A DNA stretch of 64,000 nucleotides from Mobula hypostoma (Eukaryota). Position numbers and translations under genes: made by a program. Location of the stretch: positions 243,352,001-243,416,000 of the forward strand of contig NC_086097.1 of assembly GCF_963921235.1 (NCBI RefSeq). Direction: 5' to 3'. Positions 1-12,595 of this stretch are shown piece by piece; the first letter of the stretch is position 1, and each line of letters begins with the position of its first letter. Under the pieces are notes generated by a model that had not been told where the DNA came from, searched no databases, and saw only the letters and a list, made by a program, of their open reading frames with translations.

Positions 1-492
1 CATTGAAACTTTCCTGAATACATTTGACACACTGTTTCCCATCTAGCCCTTTGGGAGTCCCAGTCAATATATTGAAAGTTAAAATCACCTACCATTACAA
101 CTTAATGAATCTTGCAACAGTATGCAATCACTCTACAAACTTACTGCTCCCAATCCCATGGACTGTTGGGGTGTCTGTAGTATAATCTATTAACATGGCT
201 GTTAGGAATAGGTTCTTCCCCTCGTGATTAGATTTCTAAGCAGTTCGTGAAAACTTCCTCTTTATTTTGCTCTTCTATTGCACGAGCTTTTTTTTTTGTT
301 TTTGTGTTTGTAACCTATGGTAACCTTTGCTGTCTTGCTCTGTACCACTGCAGTATATTATTGATAGTTATAGAAAAGCATAACACAGAAACAGGCCCTT
401 CAGCTCATCTAGTCAGTGCCAAACCATTTAAACTGCCTGGTTCCATTGCCCTGCACCAGGACTATAGCTTTCCATGCCTATCATATCTATGT

Positions 493-1200
493 ACATAGAA
501 TAGTACAGCACATTACAGGCCCTTCGGCCCACAATGTTGTGCCAACCCTCAAACCCTGCCTCCCATATAAGCCCCCAACTTAAATTCCTCCAGATACCTG
601 TCTAGTAGTCTCTTAAACTTCACTAGTGTATCTGCCTCCACCACTGACTCAGGCAGTGCATTCCACGCACCAACCACTCTCTGAGTAATAAACCTTCCTG
701 TAATATCCCCCTTGAACTTCCCACCCCTTACCTTAAAGCCATGTCCTCTTGTATTGAACAGTGGTGCCCTGGGGAAGAGGTGCTGGCTATCCACTCTATC
801 TATTCCTCTTATTATCTTGTACATCTCTATCATGGCTCCTCTCATCCTCCTTCTCTCCAAAGAATAAAGCCCTAGCTCCCTTAATCTCTCATCATAATGC
901 ATACTTTCTAAACCAGGCAGCATCCTGGTAAATCTCCTCTGTACCCTTTCTAATGCTTCCACATCCTTCCTATAGTGAGGTGACCAGAACTGGACACAGT
1001 ACTCCAAGTGTGGCCTAACCAGAGTTTTATAGAGCTGCATCATTACATCGCGACTCTTAAACTCAATCCCTTGACTTATGAAAGCTAACCCCATAAGCTT
1101 TCTTAACTATCCTATCCACCTGTGAGGCAACTTTCAAGGATCTGTGGACATGTACCCCCAGATCCCTCTGCTCCTCCACACTACCAAGTATCCTGACATG
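493..1200 (-). mobile_element. CR1 LINE 3' fragment, same young subfamily as 25798-28100
   Basis: ORF 549-1094 contains LYKTLVRPHLEYCVQFWSP...RGHGFK, the CR1 ORF2 C-terminus; near-identical to 27500-28100. Confidence 0.9.
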
Positions 1201-1608
1201 TACCTATGGAAACCTCTCTTAACTGCTTGAATCGAGCTCACATGCACCACTTGCACTGGCAGCTCATTCCACACACTCATGTCCCTCTGATTGGAAAAGT
1301 TTCCTCTCATGTTCCCCTTAAACATTTCTCCTTTCACCCTTAACCCATGACCTCTTGTTGTCGTCCCACCCAATGTCAGTGGAAAAAGACTGCTTGTATT
1401 TACCCTCTCTATACCCCTTGTAATTTTGTATACCTGTCAAATCTCTTTTCAATCTTCTGCGTTCCAAGGAATAAAGTCCTAACCTATTCAATCTTTCCAT
1501 AGAACTCAGTCCCTGAAATATACTTGTAAATTTTCTCTGTACTCTTTCAACCTTAATTACATCTTTCCTCTAGGTAGGTGACCAAAGCTGATCACAATAC
1601 TCCAAATT

Positions 1609-2034
1609 CTTCTCCGTGGATTGTCACCTTGTCGTGGTGGAGAAGCTTGTGTGGTCCTGTGATCCCGAGCGTGATGCCGTCTGGAGCTATGCTCCTGGTA
1701 GGGTCACCCATGGTGGTAAGGTCGAGGGTGAGGTCCCTGACAAAGAACAATCCAACCAAGGCCTCAATGGTGGAACAGACGGACAAAGTTACTTCGAACT
1801 CAACGGCTGTGAAGGCGGATGAAGGCTGCAACAAATCTGGCAGCTCCAATCATTGTGGTTTCCATGCCATTGGAACCAGTTGGTTGATTTGTGAAGTATC
1901 GTGTGCTTCTTGGAGTGCAACATCAAGTACACATTAAACAAATACACACACAGGCGGCTTCGCTCTGTGGGCCACTTCTTCAGAATAAAGACCATCATCC
2001 TCGACCTCGAGGGATAGCCACGACGACGAGGACG
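1609..2034 (+). mobile_element. Non-autonomous RTE-derived element inserted in an older CR1
   Basis: 10-bp TSD ACTCCAAATT (1599-1608, 2035-2044); 5' end caccttgtcgtggtgg...agggtcaccc resembles BovB/Expander-type RTE 5' UTRs; (GAC)n-like tail. Confidence 0.75.
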
Positions 2035-2524
2035 ACTCCAAATTAGGCCTCACCATCATCTTATACAACTTCAACATATCATCACAATCTGTTTAGTCAA
2101 TACTTTGATTTATGAAGGCCAATCTCCCTAAAAATAAACCTGATTCAGATTCTGTTTCTTTACATTGGTAGTCTGATGAACAGGAGGTACAGGGTCATGA
2201 AGCATATACTCAACATTTAAGAACAGCTCCTTCCCCTCCACCATCAGATTTCTGAACGAACAATAGACCATGTACACTATCTCATTATTTTTTGCTCTCT
2301 TTTTGCACTGCTTATCTAATTTAGTTTGCAAATATATGTAGTATTTCTTATTGTAATTTATGAATTTTTAAAATGCATGCATTGCATGTATTGCTGCCAT
2401 AAAACACTAACAGCGACATCCTTAATGGTTAGACTATGAAAAAGATTGAGTCATCTGGGACTGTACTCGCTGGAATTCAGAAGAATGAGAGGAGATCTCA
2501 TAGAAACCTATAAAATTATGAAAA

Positions 2525-4208
2525 TCAGGCAGGAGAAATAATAATGGGGGGGGACAAGGAGATGGCAGATGAACTAAATGAGTATTTTGCATCAGCCTTC
2601 GCTGTGGAAGACACCAGCAGTGTGCCTGATGTTGTAGTGTGTGAAGGAAGAGGAGTGGGTGCAGTTACTGTTACAAGGGAGAAGGTGCTCAAAAAGCTGA
2701 AAGACCTAAAAGAAAGTAAGTCACCCAGATCAAATGAACTGCACCCTAGGTTTCTGAAAGAGGTAGCATTAGAGATTGTGGTGCCATTAGAAATGATCTT
2801 TCATTAATCATTGGACTCTGGCATGGTGCCAGAGGACTAGAAAATTGCAAATGTTACTCTGCTCTTTAAGAAAGGAGGAAGGCAGCAGAAAGGAAATTAT
2901 AGACCAGTTAGCCTGACCTCAGTAGCTGGAAACATGTTAGCGTCAATTGTTAAGGACAACGTAATGGAGTACTTGGTGACACAGGACAAGTTAGGACAAA
3001 GTCAGCATGGTTTCTTTAAGAGAAAATCCGCCTTTCGAACCTGCTGGAATTCTTTGAGGAGATTACAAATAGGATAAATAAATGGGAGGCAGTGGATGTT
3101 ATATATTTGGACTTTCAGAAGGCCTTTGACAAGGTGCCACACATGAGGCTGCTTAGCAAGTTAAGAGCAAATGGTATTACAGGAAAGTAACTAACGTGGT
3201 TAGAGCATTGGCTGATTGGAAAAAGGCAGCGAGCGGGAATAAAAGGATCCTTCTATGGTTGGCTGCCAGTGATTAGTAGTTTTCTGCAGGGGTTGGTGTT
3301 GGAACCACGTCTTTTTATGCAGTATGTACACTAAATAATTCAGATGATGAACTAGATGGCTTTGTTGTCAAGTTTGCAGTTGATACAAAGATTGTTCATG
3401 TTGAAGAAACAGGTAGGATGCAGAAGGACTTAGACAGATTAGGAGAATGGACAAGAAATTGGCAAATGAAATATAATGTTGGAAAATGCATGGTCATGCA
3501 CTTTGGTAGTAGAAATAAATGTGTGGACTATTTTCTAAACTTGGAGAAAACTCAAAAATATGAGATGCAAAGAGACTTGAGAGTCCTTGTGCAGAACATC
3601 CTAAAGGTTAACTTTCAGGTAGAGTCAGTGTTGAGGAAGGCAAATGCAATGATATTATTCATTTCAAGAGGTCTAGAATACAAGAGCACGGATGTGAGGC
3701 CTCACCTTGAGTATTGTGAACAGTTTTGGGCTCCTCATCTTAGAAGAGATGTGTTGGCATTGGAGAGGGTCCAGAGGAGGTTCACAAGGCTGATTCCAGG
3801 AAGAAAAGGGTTATCATACGAGGAACGTTTGATGGCTCTGGGTCTGTACTCACTGGAATTCTGAATGATGGGTGACGATCTCATTGAAAGCTTTTGAATA
3901 TTGAAAGGCCTAGACAGAATAGATGTGAAAAGGATGTTTCCCATGGTGGGAGAGTCTAGGATAAGAGGGCACGGCCTCAGGATAGAGGGGCATCTGTTTC
4001 TTTAGCCAGAGGGTGGTGAATTTGTGGAATTTGTGCCATGTGCCCCTGTGATGATAGGTTCTTAATTGGACATGGCATCAAATGTTTTGGGGAGAAGGCT
4101 GGGAAATGGGGTTGAGGAAGAGAGAAGAAAAAGGATCAGGCATGATTGAATGGTGGAGCAGACTCAAAGGCCAAATGGCCTACTTTTGCTCCTATGTCTT
4201 ATGGTCTA
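2525..4208 (+). mobile_element. Decayed CR1 ORF2 (RT) nested in another CR1 3' end (about 2430-2520 and 4209-4505)
   Basis: NYRPVSLTS, DFQKAFDKVPH and VRPHLEYC motifs broken by stops and frameshifts; tail cctatgtcttatggtct. Confidence 0.85.
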
Positions 4209-5589
4209 AGATTCAGGGAAATAGATTTAGGATGGAGATGATGAGGAACTGCTTTTCCTAGAGAGTGGTGAGTCTGTGGAATTGTCTGCCCAATGAATCA
4301 GTGGAGGCTAACTCAGTAAAGATATTTAAAACAAAGTTGGACAGATTTTTGCATAGTAGAGGAATTAGGGGCTATGGGGAAAAGGCAGATAGGTGGAGAT
4401 GAGTCCAAGACAAGTTCAGCCATGACTTTATTGAATGATGGAGCAGGCTCGATGGGCTAGATGGCCTACTCCTGCTCCTATTTCTAATATTCTTACATTG
4501 TTATGTCATGTAGACAGTTCACAAAAGTACTTCTTCTGCTTCTTTGAAATATGTTTTTACTACTAAACTGCGTACAACTTGGCCCCATAATTTATACGCT
4601 GATGGTGTGTTTTTTGGGCTGACTGTGTGATCTAGCACTTTTGCTGCTCTGGGGGAGATCGGCAAGGTTGAGAGCGGAGTATTCGGCCTGAAGTCAGAGG
4701 GCGAACCCATGATTGGATCCATTTCTCCTTACCAACGTAACTGTCGAGCAAGTTTCAAATCAACGAAGGTGAGAGAAGGCGGCGAGCAGATGTTCAGTGC
4801 CCTCTGCCTGACTTTGACTGATCTTCTTCCTCACTCACTGCTGCTGGAGAAAGGTGCAGGAGTCTTCTGCACATTACAAGGTGAAGAAGACTCATTTTGG
4901 AGGACTCTGGTTCAAGTTACATACATTTTTGGTTTCTAGTTATATCTTTTCTGCGCTACTTGATTGGGGTGCTTTGGTGCGGACAGGGGCACTTTGGTGC
5001 CAACTGGCTCTGCGGCCTTCAGTCAATGCATGACACAGACTAAACTGAATTGAATTGAGCTGAATACTCTTAGCTCGTTCCAAGGACTCTGCAGTTTGAT
5101 GTTTAATATTGAGTGTGCTATTCGCTTGATTTTTTTGCCGTTTGCATGATTTGTTCTTTTTTTTCCCGTGCATTGGGTGTTTGATGTATTTTTTTTGAAT
5201 GGCATTTCAGTGTTTCATGGCTGCTTGTGAGAAGATGAATCTCAGGGTTGTATACTGTATACATACTTTGGTCATAAGCATTCTTCGAATTATGAAACTC
5301 TAGGATCTTTGTATATGAAACCTGATTCTGATTCTGAACCATATCATTGAGCCTACAGGGTGAACAAGGTCAAGGTATAGAGGCTTGCAGGATAGCATTC
5401 AAACAAAGCACGAAACAATTCACAGTACTCTGGCTGAATTTGTAGTAATGAAGATTGATTATTAGTGTTGTTGTCTGAACAAGGTCACCAGAGAGTTGCA
5501 GCTGGTAGATATGATGCAGTTTCTTTATTCAATAAAAAGAGCCAGAGCTGGTGTCATATTGAGACCCTTTTGGAGGAAGAAGTCTGTTC

Positions 5590-6050
5590 GACGGGACACA
5601 GCTCCCAGCCCTGGAGGACACCGACAGCTCACGCTGCCTAAGGAAAGCTACAAGCATCTGTAAGGACAATACACACCCATGCAATCATCTGTTTGAACTT
5701 CTTCCATCCGGCAGACGTTATAAGATTTTCTATGCCTGCACTTCCAGACTGAAAAATAGCTTTTTCCCCAGAGCTATAATTGCTCTGAACCAATCGATCA
5801 AGCATCATCCATAAATTTGTTATATTGCTACTTTTAATATTGGTTTTACGGCTGTCATGCATCTGAGTTGTGCTTTTGTACTGCTGGACATCGTTTGTAC
5901 TGCCTGGTTACTTGATTTTATATATTGTTTATTTATTTTATTTGTTGTTTTATAGTATTGAGTACGAGAATTGCAAACTCATTTTCGCAGTGTTGGTACA
6001 TGACAAATTATACTATGCAATGACAATAAAGATATTTCATTTCATTTCAT
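5590..6050 (+). mobile_element. Rex1/Babar-type LINE 3' fragment
   Basis: HPCNHLFELLPSGRRY...RLKNSFFPRAI C-terminus; aataaa then (tttca)n tail. Confidence 0.7.
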
Positions 6051-6959
6051 TATATGACATTTTATATGCAAAAGATCAAAGGACAATTCTATATTTACAA
6101 TGTACAGTATCTGCATGTTTTCCTTGAATTACATTTAACACTCACATCTCCTTCTTTGCATCCACACTACAGACACCCAAATGAATGTCTGGTTTTCTAA
6201 TTAACTGCAGTTCATGGCTCTCAGAAAGCCATTGATTGCATGTTAAATTTAATCTACACTCCATATTCAGATCTGAAGCTTGGTGGCTGAAGTTGGCTGC
6301 AACTATATGTCCTAACGCCCAGAAAACCTAACAATTACCACAGTAAGGCACTGGGAAGTCTGATTAATACAACAAACCTCTGCTAAACTATCACTCAATT
6401 CCTTTATGCCTTTATCTTTTAACATCTCTGAATCTATTACCTGACCTGTAAATTGATGCAATCATTTTATCATGTTTTGAATAAGGATATTTTTTTAAAA
6501 TCAATAATGATGTAAAATTTATCCAGCTGTGATAATGCAAGTGTAACAATAAATCAAGCATTTTTTGTATTGTTAATGCTTTCAGCCTATTTCAGGTTCA
6601 CATTGTATACAAAGATATAATCACCAAAAGCGTTTCCAAGATTCAAAGTATATTTATCATCAAAGCATGTATACGGTACACAAAAACGATATTCATCTTC
6701 TCCACAGGCAGCAGCAAAACAAAGAAAACCATGGCTCCCGCTCAAAGATAAACATCAAACTCCCAGTGCGCAAAGAACAAACACTGCAAATGACACTAAA
6801 ATGAATGAAAAACACAGAATATAGAGCATTTTACAATAAGGTTACATAAATATGATTGATTCAAAAGGTTATAGCAACAATGGCAGAGAATAATTATCAC
6901 TTTGTCGAGCACTTACAAAAGAAAGCCGGTTTAAATGAAATAACCCTCATCGTACTTAC

Positions 6960-6989
6960 CATACAGGTGCAGAAGCAAAAAGACATCAT
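6960..6989 (-). CDS. TNFRSF11B: Probable first coding exon of osteoprotegerin (TNFRSF11B); gene continues off the left edge
   Basis: Minus strand reads acaaac ATG ATG TCT TTT TGC TTC TGC ACC TGT ATG|gtaagt (MMSFCFCTCM): 10 codons, phase 0, consensus donor, A at -3. This matches the size and phase of human TNFRSF11B exon 1 (MNNLLCCALV|gtaagt). It sits in a TE-poor island, divergent from a COLEC10-like exon as in mammals. Identity rests on architecture plus synteny. Confidence 0.62.
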
Positions 6990-7058
6990 GTTTGTGCACT
7001 AACTGAACAGTAAAATGCAATTTCACTGTACATGGGAAGTGTTTTGATAGTTTCTCTC

Positions 7059-7260
7059 TTTATATTTACACAAGTTGAATTCATGCCAATTCTTTTGATG
7101 AAAAATATCAGAAGTTGTCAATTAATCTTAGATTTGCATTTCTTTGGTCATTTGAAATCTAGGCTGTGCACCAGGAACACAATAAGCAAAACATGGCTTC
7201 CACCTCTTTTATAAATGTCAAAAATCAGAAATAGAAAATAAAAACGAACCTATCGCCAAT
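7059..7260 (-). promoter_or_regulatory. Candidate core promoter for the minus-strand exon at 6960-6989
   Basis: Minus-strand TATAAAG at 7058-7064 and TATAAAAG at 7206-7213, plus CCAAT at 7256-7260, in unique sequence just upstream of the ATG. Confidence 0.4.
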
Positions 7261-7733
7261 TCAGCAGCTTAGAATCTAAGTCTTAAGCACAAGGGAATCT
7301 GCAGATGCTGGAAGTCCAGAGCAACACGCACAAAATGCTAGAGGAACTCAGCAGGTCAGGTAGCATCAACGGAGAGGAATAAACAGTTAACCTTTTGGGC
7401 TGAGGACCTTGCAGAATGTAAGTCTTGTGGCTAGCAAAAAGTGATTAGTCACGCCAATCTCGCAAACTCTTATTGCAGAAAGAAGGAGAAAGAAATGGTT
7501 GATGAAAAGAATAATAATGGAGAGGTTTAATTGCCTCTGATAGTTGGGCGATAAGAGCCAGCAGAAGGCTACAGGGAATGATTTTCATTTGATATAGGGA
7601 GGGCTTTTCGTTTTCCTCCCCCAAGACAGAGAAGTCCTAGATGAGAAGGGTGTTCACAGGAGACATAAGAGACTGCAGTCTGCTGGGATCTGTAGCAGCA
7701 CACAATCTGCTGGAAGAACTCAGTGGGTCAAGC

Positions 7734-7891
7734 GGGTCAGGCAAAGTATCCAATCTACTGTCCCCACTCCCACCGCATCCTAGATGGTCAAAAACCTGGC
7801 ACATCTCAGCAGTGAATTTGTCATATTTATTGCAAATGGTAGTTCTATTGTCCCAGGTAGAGGCAGCCCAGGTCGGAGCTCCCCCAGTCAA
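7734..7891 (-). mobile_element. Ty3/Gypsy (sushi-like) gag fragment embedded in a Penelope terminal-repeat fragment (7662-7733 and 7892-7937)
   Basis: Minus frame LLTGGAPTWAASTWDNRTTICNKYDKFTAEMCQVFDH matches the Retrotrans_gag pattern LLTGxAxxWAxxxW...Y..F..EM..VFDH; the flanks are contiguous parts of the Penelope repeat. Confidence 0.65.
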
Positions 7892-8085
7892 GAGGGAGAA
7901 ACTGTTGGCATTTTGGGCCGACATTCTTCATCAGGAGTGATATCCTGCCCTCTGCATCAGAGGAGGGGGCCCTGTGGATTTAATAAAGATAAGTGAACGT
8001 ACACAGGACAGGAAGCAGACAATAAATATGTCTCATCATCAAATAACCAGGAACACATGTTTATTTAGTAATTGTTTGCGACAGA

Positions 8086-8612
8086 CACTGAGTGGCCACT
8101 TTATTAGGTATACATATACAACTGCTGATTAATGCAAGTATCTAATCAGCCAATCATTTGCCAGCAACTCAATTCCAAAAAATCATGCCGATATGGTCAA
8201 GAGGTTCATTTGTTGTTCAGAACAAACATCAAGATAGTGAAGAAATGTGACCCCTGTGACTTTGGCTGGTGCCAGATGGGCTGGTTTGGGTATCTCAGAA
8301 AATGCTGATTTCCTGGGATTTTCCCATTGTCTTCTGCTGCTGCTTGCTGGATGCTTTTTTGCTTTTTGCACCGTTATCTGTAAACTCTGGAGACTGTTAT
8401 GTGTGAAGATTCCGGGAGATCAATAGTTTCTGAGATACTCAAACCAACCCATGTGGCATAAACAACATCACTTAGATCACATTTTTCCCCCCATTCTGAT
8501 GTTTGAACAACAACTGAACCCCTTGACCATGTCTGCATAATTTATGCAGTGAGTTGCTGCCACATGATTGGCTGATTTGATATTTGCATTAAAGTGCAGG
8601 TGTCACTGAGTG
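8086..8612. mobile_element. Non-autonomous Tc1-like element
   Basis: Terminus cactgagtggccactttattagg and end cactgagtgTA; internal transposase N-terminal remnants also seen at 14420-14965 and 35895-37440. Confidence 0.7.
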
Positions 8613-9199
8613 TAGATGAAGTAATAACTTTACGGATTATTTGAGTAATGCATTACAAAATTATAGTTTATCTGTGTAAGTTAAGTTCTGGATGCTTAAT
8701 TGCATTTTGCTATGATTAATTGCATCAAGGACGTCTTCAAAAGGTGACATCCATCATCAAGGAATCTATCATCTAGAACATGCTCTCTTCTCATTGCTAC
8801 CACCAAGAAGGAAGTACAGGAGCCTGAAGACACACACTAAATGTTTCAGGAACAGTTTCTTCCCCTCTGCCATCAGATTTCTGAATAGACAATGAACCCA
8901 TGAACACTACCTCACTTTATTTTGCTCTCTTTTTGTACAGGTGGCAGAGAAGGAGTGTCAGGGGCTGTGGGTGGTACAGGGGCAGACACACCCAGCCCTG
9001 AGACACCAGGCAAGGTCACTTGATTTCAAACAATTGGTTTATTGATTTATTGCAAAATCAATAAATCAATAAAATTGGTTTATTACAAAATGTTTCTGTG
9101 GTGCTTCCTGCTTCTTCCCTGTTTCTCAACCATGATTCCCCCCTCCCTGCCCTCATCCCACTTTCAGTCCACAATAGAGACCCATATCAGAATCAGGGT

Positions 9200-9735
9200 T
9201 ACAGGCTGCATCACTGTCCGATATGGAGGGGCTACTGTACAGGACCGAAAAAAGCTGCAGAAGGTTATAAATCTAGTCAGCTCCACCTTGGGCACTAGCC
9301 TATAAAGTGTCCAAGACATCTTCAGGGAACGGTGTCTCAGAAAGGCAGCGTCCATTATTAAGGACCTCCAGCACCCAGGTTATGCCCTTTTCTCACTGTT
9401 ACCATCAGCTAGGAGGTACAGAAGCCTGAAGGCACATATTCAGCGATTCAGGAACAGCTTCTTCCCCTCTGTCATCCGATTCCTAAATGGACATTGAATC
9501 GTTGGACACTACCTCATTTTTTTTAATATACAGTATTTCTGTTTTTGCACATTTAAAAAAATCTAGCAATATACATTATTGATTTACTTGTTTATTTATT
9601 ATTATATTTTATTTCATTTATTATTATTACTTTTTTCATTCTCTGCTAGATTATGTATTGCTTTGAACTGCTGCTGCTAAGTTAACAAAATTTCACGTCA
9701 CATGCCGGTGATAATAAACTGATTTTGATTTCTTC
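9200..9735 (+). mobile_element. Rex1/Babar-type LINE 3' fragment
   Basis: TGCITVRYGG...RKKLQKVI...LLPSARRYRSL...RFRNSFFPS; aataaa then (tgatt)n-like tail. Confidence 0.75.
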
Positions 9736-9754
9736 TGAAATTTGTTTTTTTTTG

Positions 9755-11292
9755 TGACAGTAGTACTGCAATGCAATAAATAAGGTGAAGAAATAATATC
9801 GTAATGCAATAAATAAGATGAAAAAAGGAAAGGCAGCAGGTCCTGATGAATTAGTAATAGAACAAATTATCACCCTTGAAGATTATGGAATTGAAAAACT
9901 TATTGATTTAATCAATGACATTTATGAGACTGGAATAACACCAGAAGAGATGAAAAAAAATCAGTATTTATCACTCTTCCTAAGAAACCTGGAGCAATAG
10001 AATGTGAATTACATAGGACCATAAGTTTAATGAGTCATATCACCAAGATACTCCTAAGAATTTTGATGACAAGAGCTAAAAGTAAGATACAAGCTGAAAT
10101 AGGTAAAGAACAATGTGGTTTTGTGAAAGACAAAGGTACAAGAAACGTGCTATTGATGTTAAGGTTACTATCAAACGAGCTATTCAAGAGCAAAAAGATT
10201 GTTTGTTTTATCGACTACACAAAAACATTTGATAAAGTGAAGCACAATAAGTTATTTGAAATATTACAGAGAACTCCAATCTAGATTCGAAAGACCTCCG
10301 CCTAATCAGAAATCTGTACTGGGAACAAACTGCCGTTGTAAGAATAGATGGAGAAGTGAGTCAGTTTACAAAATTCAAGAGAGGCGTTAGACAAGAGTGA
10401 TGTTTTCTCCCCTGATTTATTTAATGTGTACAGTGAAACAATATTACAAAAAATAAGAGACATCTTGGGAATCACAGTTGGCGGTGAAAACATCGATGAT
10501 TTCAGATATGCAGATGACACTGTGTTATTTGCAAGTACGGAGGAAGAACTACAAAACTTAATTGATACAGTTGTTGAAGAAAGTGCAAAAATGGGTCTAT
10601 CTATCAATTGCAAAAAGACAGAATGTATGGTGATATCCAAAAAGAAGGAGAATCCTATCTGCAGGCTGAGAATAAATGGGGAAGACATAAAACAAGTACA
10701 GAACTTTAGCTACTTAGGAAGCTGGGTGACATCAGATGGCAGGTGCGACATGGACATCAAAAGAAGAATAGAGATGGCAAAAGACACCTTTATGAGAATG
10801 AAGAGTATACTGACCAACACTAAACTAGGCATGACAACCCGCCTCAGAGTACTAAAATGTTACGTTTATCCAGTTATGTTACATGGCTCAGAATGTTGGA
10901 CAATATCTAGTAACATGAAGAAATGAATTGAAGCAGCAGAGATGTGGTTTTTGAGGAGGATGCAAAGAATATCATGGACAAAACGAATATCTAAAGAGGA
11001 TATCATGAACAGAGCAAACACAAAAAGAGAAATAATGTTTGAGATCATGAAAAGGCAACGTAACTTCATTGGACATAGGATTAGGAAAGAGGAGTTAGAA
11101 TGCACGGTAATTATGGGAAAGATTGAAGGGAAGAAAGCAAAATGAAGACAAAGACAAATGATGATGGAGACAGCAGCCAGAGAACTGGAAATGAATGCCA
11201 ATGAATTGATCCGCTTGACCCGAAACAGGAGTGTGTGGGCCGTGGCAGTCAAAGCTCAAACTGGGCACGGCACCTGATGATGATGATGATGA
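9755..11292 (+). mobile_element. 5'-truncated RTE-clade LINE (RT domain, few disablements)
   Basis: KAAGPD, ISLMSHITKILLRIL, EQCGF, FIDYTKTFDKV, RYADD, FSYLGS and EMWFLRRMQRISWT motifs; (GAT)n 3' tail. Confidence 0.9.
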
Positions 11293-11429
11293 GTTCAGTG
11301 CAACACATAAAGTTACTACAGTACTCTGCAAATATTTTGGCATCCTATCTATATGTATGTGCCAAAGACTTTTGCATAGTGCTGTACTAAATATATTCTT
11401 ATTGTAATTCATACTTTTTATGTATTGTA

Positions 11430-12595
11430 CTGAATTGAATTGACTTTATTTCTTACATCCCTCACATACCTGAGGAGTAAAAATCTTCATGTTATGTCTC
11501 CATCTAAATGTGCGATGTGCAATCAGTAATTTAAAATAATTTATAATAAATAGAACGGTTAATGTAATATAGAGTACTGTACACTCAAATCTTGTGAGTT
11601 CATTAGTCTGATGGCCTGGTGGAAGAAGCTGTCTGGGAGCCCGTTGGTCCTGGCTTTTATGCTGCGGTACCGTTTCCCGGATGGTAGCAGTCGGAATAGA
11701 TTGTGGTTGGGGTGACTCGGGTCCCCAATGATCCTACAGGCCCTTTTTACACACCTGTCCTTGTAAATGTCCTGAATCATGGGAAGTTCACAACTAGAAA
11801 TGCGCTGGGCTGTCCGCACTACTCTCTGCAGAGTCCTGCGATTAAGGGAGGTACGTTTCCCATACCAGGCAGTGATGCAGCCAGTCAGGATGCTCTCAAT
11901 TGTGTCCCTTTAGAAAGTTCTTAGGATTTGGGGTACATACCAAACTTCCCCAACCATCTGAGGTGAAAGAGGTGCTATTGTGCCTTTTTCACAACACAGC
12001 TGGTGGTACAGACCACGTGAAGTCCTCGGTGATGTGGATGCCAAGGAACTTAAAGCTGTTTACCCTCTCAACCCCAGATCCATTGATGTCAATAGGGGTT
12101 AGCCCGTCTCCATTCCTCCTGTAATCCACAACCAGTTCCTTTGTTTTTGCGAGATTGAGGGAGAGGCTGTTTTCTTAACACCACTGTGTCAGAGAGATGA
12201 CTTCTTGCCTGTAGGCCATCACATTATTGTTTGAGATAAAGCCAATCAATGCAGTGTCATTTACAAATTTAATTAGCAGATTGGAGCTGTGGGTGGTGAT
12301 ACAGGTATGGGTATACAAGGAGTAAAGGAGGGGACTCAGTATGCAGCCCTGAGGGGTTCCTGTATTGAGAGTCAGAGGGTTGGAGGTGAGGGAGTCAACT
12401 CTTACAACCTGCTGGTGATCTGCCAGGAAGTCCAGGATTCAGCTGCACAAGGCAGGGTCAATGCCGAGGTCTCTGAGCTTCTTGTCAAGCCTGGATGGAA
12501 CTATGGTGTTGAATACTGAACTGTAGTCCAAGAACAGCATTCTCACATAAGCATCCTTCTTCTCCAAATGTGTCAGGACGGTGTGTAGAGCCACA
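11430..12595 (-). mobile_element. Rex1/Babar-type LINE with (TTCAA)n tail; related copies at 19440-20187(+), 42647-43205(-), 52995-53670(+)
   Basis: IESILTGCITAWYG...HNLFRLLPSGKRYRSIKARTN...SFFHQAIRLMN C-terminal domain, shared across the four copies. Confidence 0.85.

Noticed and set aside
5466..6140. Possible solo LTR (TGTT...AACA) split by a Rex fragment
   Set aside because: No matching TSD (ttag versus ctca), so the boundaries are unsupported.
7641..7996. Plus-strand ORFs near the putative promoter as a small divergent gene
   Set aside because: They are antisense or chance frames across the Penelope and gag chimeric fragments.
9038..9075. Inverted repeat tttattgatttattg / caataaatcaataaa
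   Set aside because: AT-rich fold-back scar within a repeat; no sign of function.
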